Of a stretch of DNA of 64,000 bases, positions 63,958 to 64,000 are shown in pieces (positions within the stretch are counted from its first letter, which is position 1; the number at the start of each line of letters is the position of its first letter). This stretch comes from an uncultured Candidatus Berkelbacteria bacterium (GTDB lineage: Bacteria > Patescibacteriota > UBA1384 > UBA12157 > JAENIV01). A model generated the notes under the pieces. It did no database searches and was not told where the DNA came from. It saw only the letters and a program-made list of their open reading frames with translations. The stretch covers positions 798,131 through 862,130 of the forward strand of contig OY969116.1 of NCBI GenBank assembly GCA_963698075.1, in the 5' to 3' direction. A program made the position numbers and the translations under genes.

Positions 63958-64000
63958 ATGATGTCAGAAAAAAATGAAATTGAGAAACTTACTGAGACTG
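63958..64000 (+). CDS. Start of a gene cut by the window edge
   Basis: ATG directly after the rsmA stop; MMSEKNEIEKLTET is open to the end of the window. Confidence 0.4.
   Translation, partial: MMSEKNEIEKLTET

Overview
This 64-kb window is AT-rich bacterial chromosome whose gene content suggests a Patescibacteria/CPR organism (inference from a type IV pilus cluster with no PilQ/PilP, a TrmB regulator, a DUF348-G5-RlpA protein and extended L19). The backbone carries dnaE, dnaX, dnaB, pcrA, rpmA, rplS, gltX, thrS, cysS, ndk, trxB, rsmA, tRNA-Gln(CTG), tRNA-Glu(CTC) and a pilB/C/minor-pilin/pilMNO cluster. GC-richer cassettes, several with their own promoter and terminator, interrupt it. A region of about 20 kb (25.9-46.2 kb) is dense in biosynthetic-type genes. 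The most notable observations are: (1) an HU/IHF-like DNA-binding domain fused to the N-terminus of the pilus ATPase PilB; (2) an unannotated 18-aa YxxP precursor with a PqqD/RRE protein and a Twitch/SPASM radical SAM, forming a RiPP cassette; (3) three serial 93-bp copies of the 3' end of a 7TM histidine kinase gene separating captured cassettes; (4) a promoter- and terminator-bounded structured RNA of about 300 nt between dnaB and pcrA, plus other structured RNA candidates; (5) a T-box leader ahead of an amino acid dehydrogenase and an aminotransferase; (6) an ATP-grasp/racemase/nucleotidyltransferase/CysRS operon next to an amidinotransferase remnant; (7) short palindromic repeats inserted in frame in many proteins. 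No rRNA, CRISPR array, integrase or transposase was seen. All calls come from reading motifs by eye; no searches were run.
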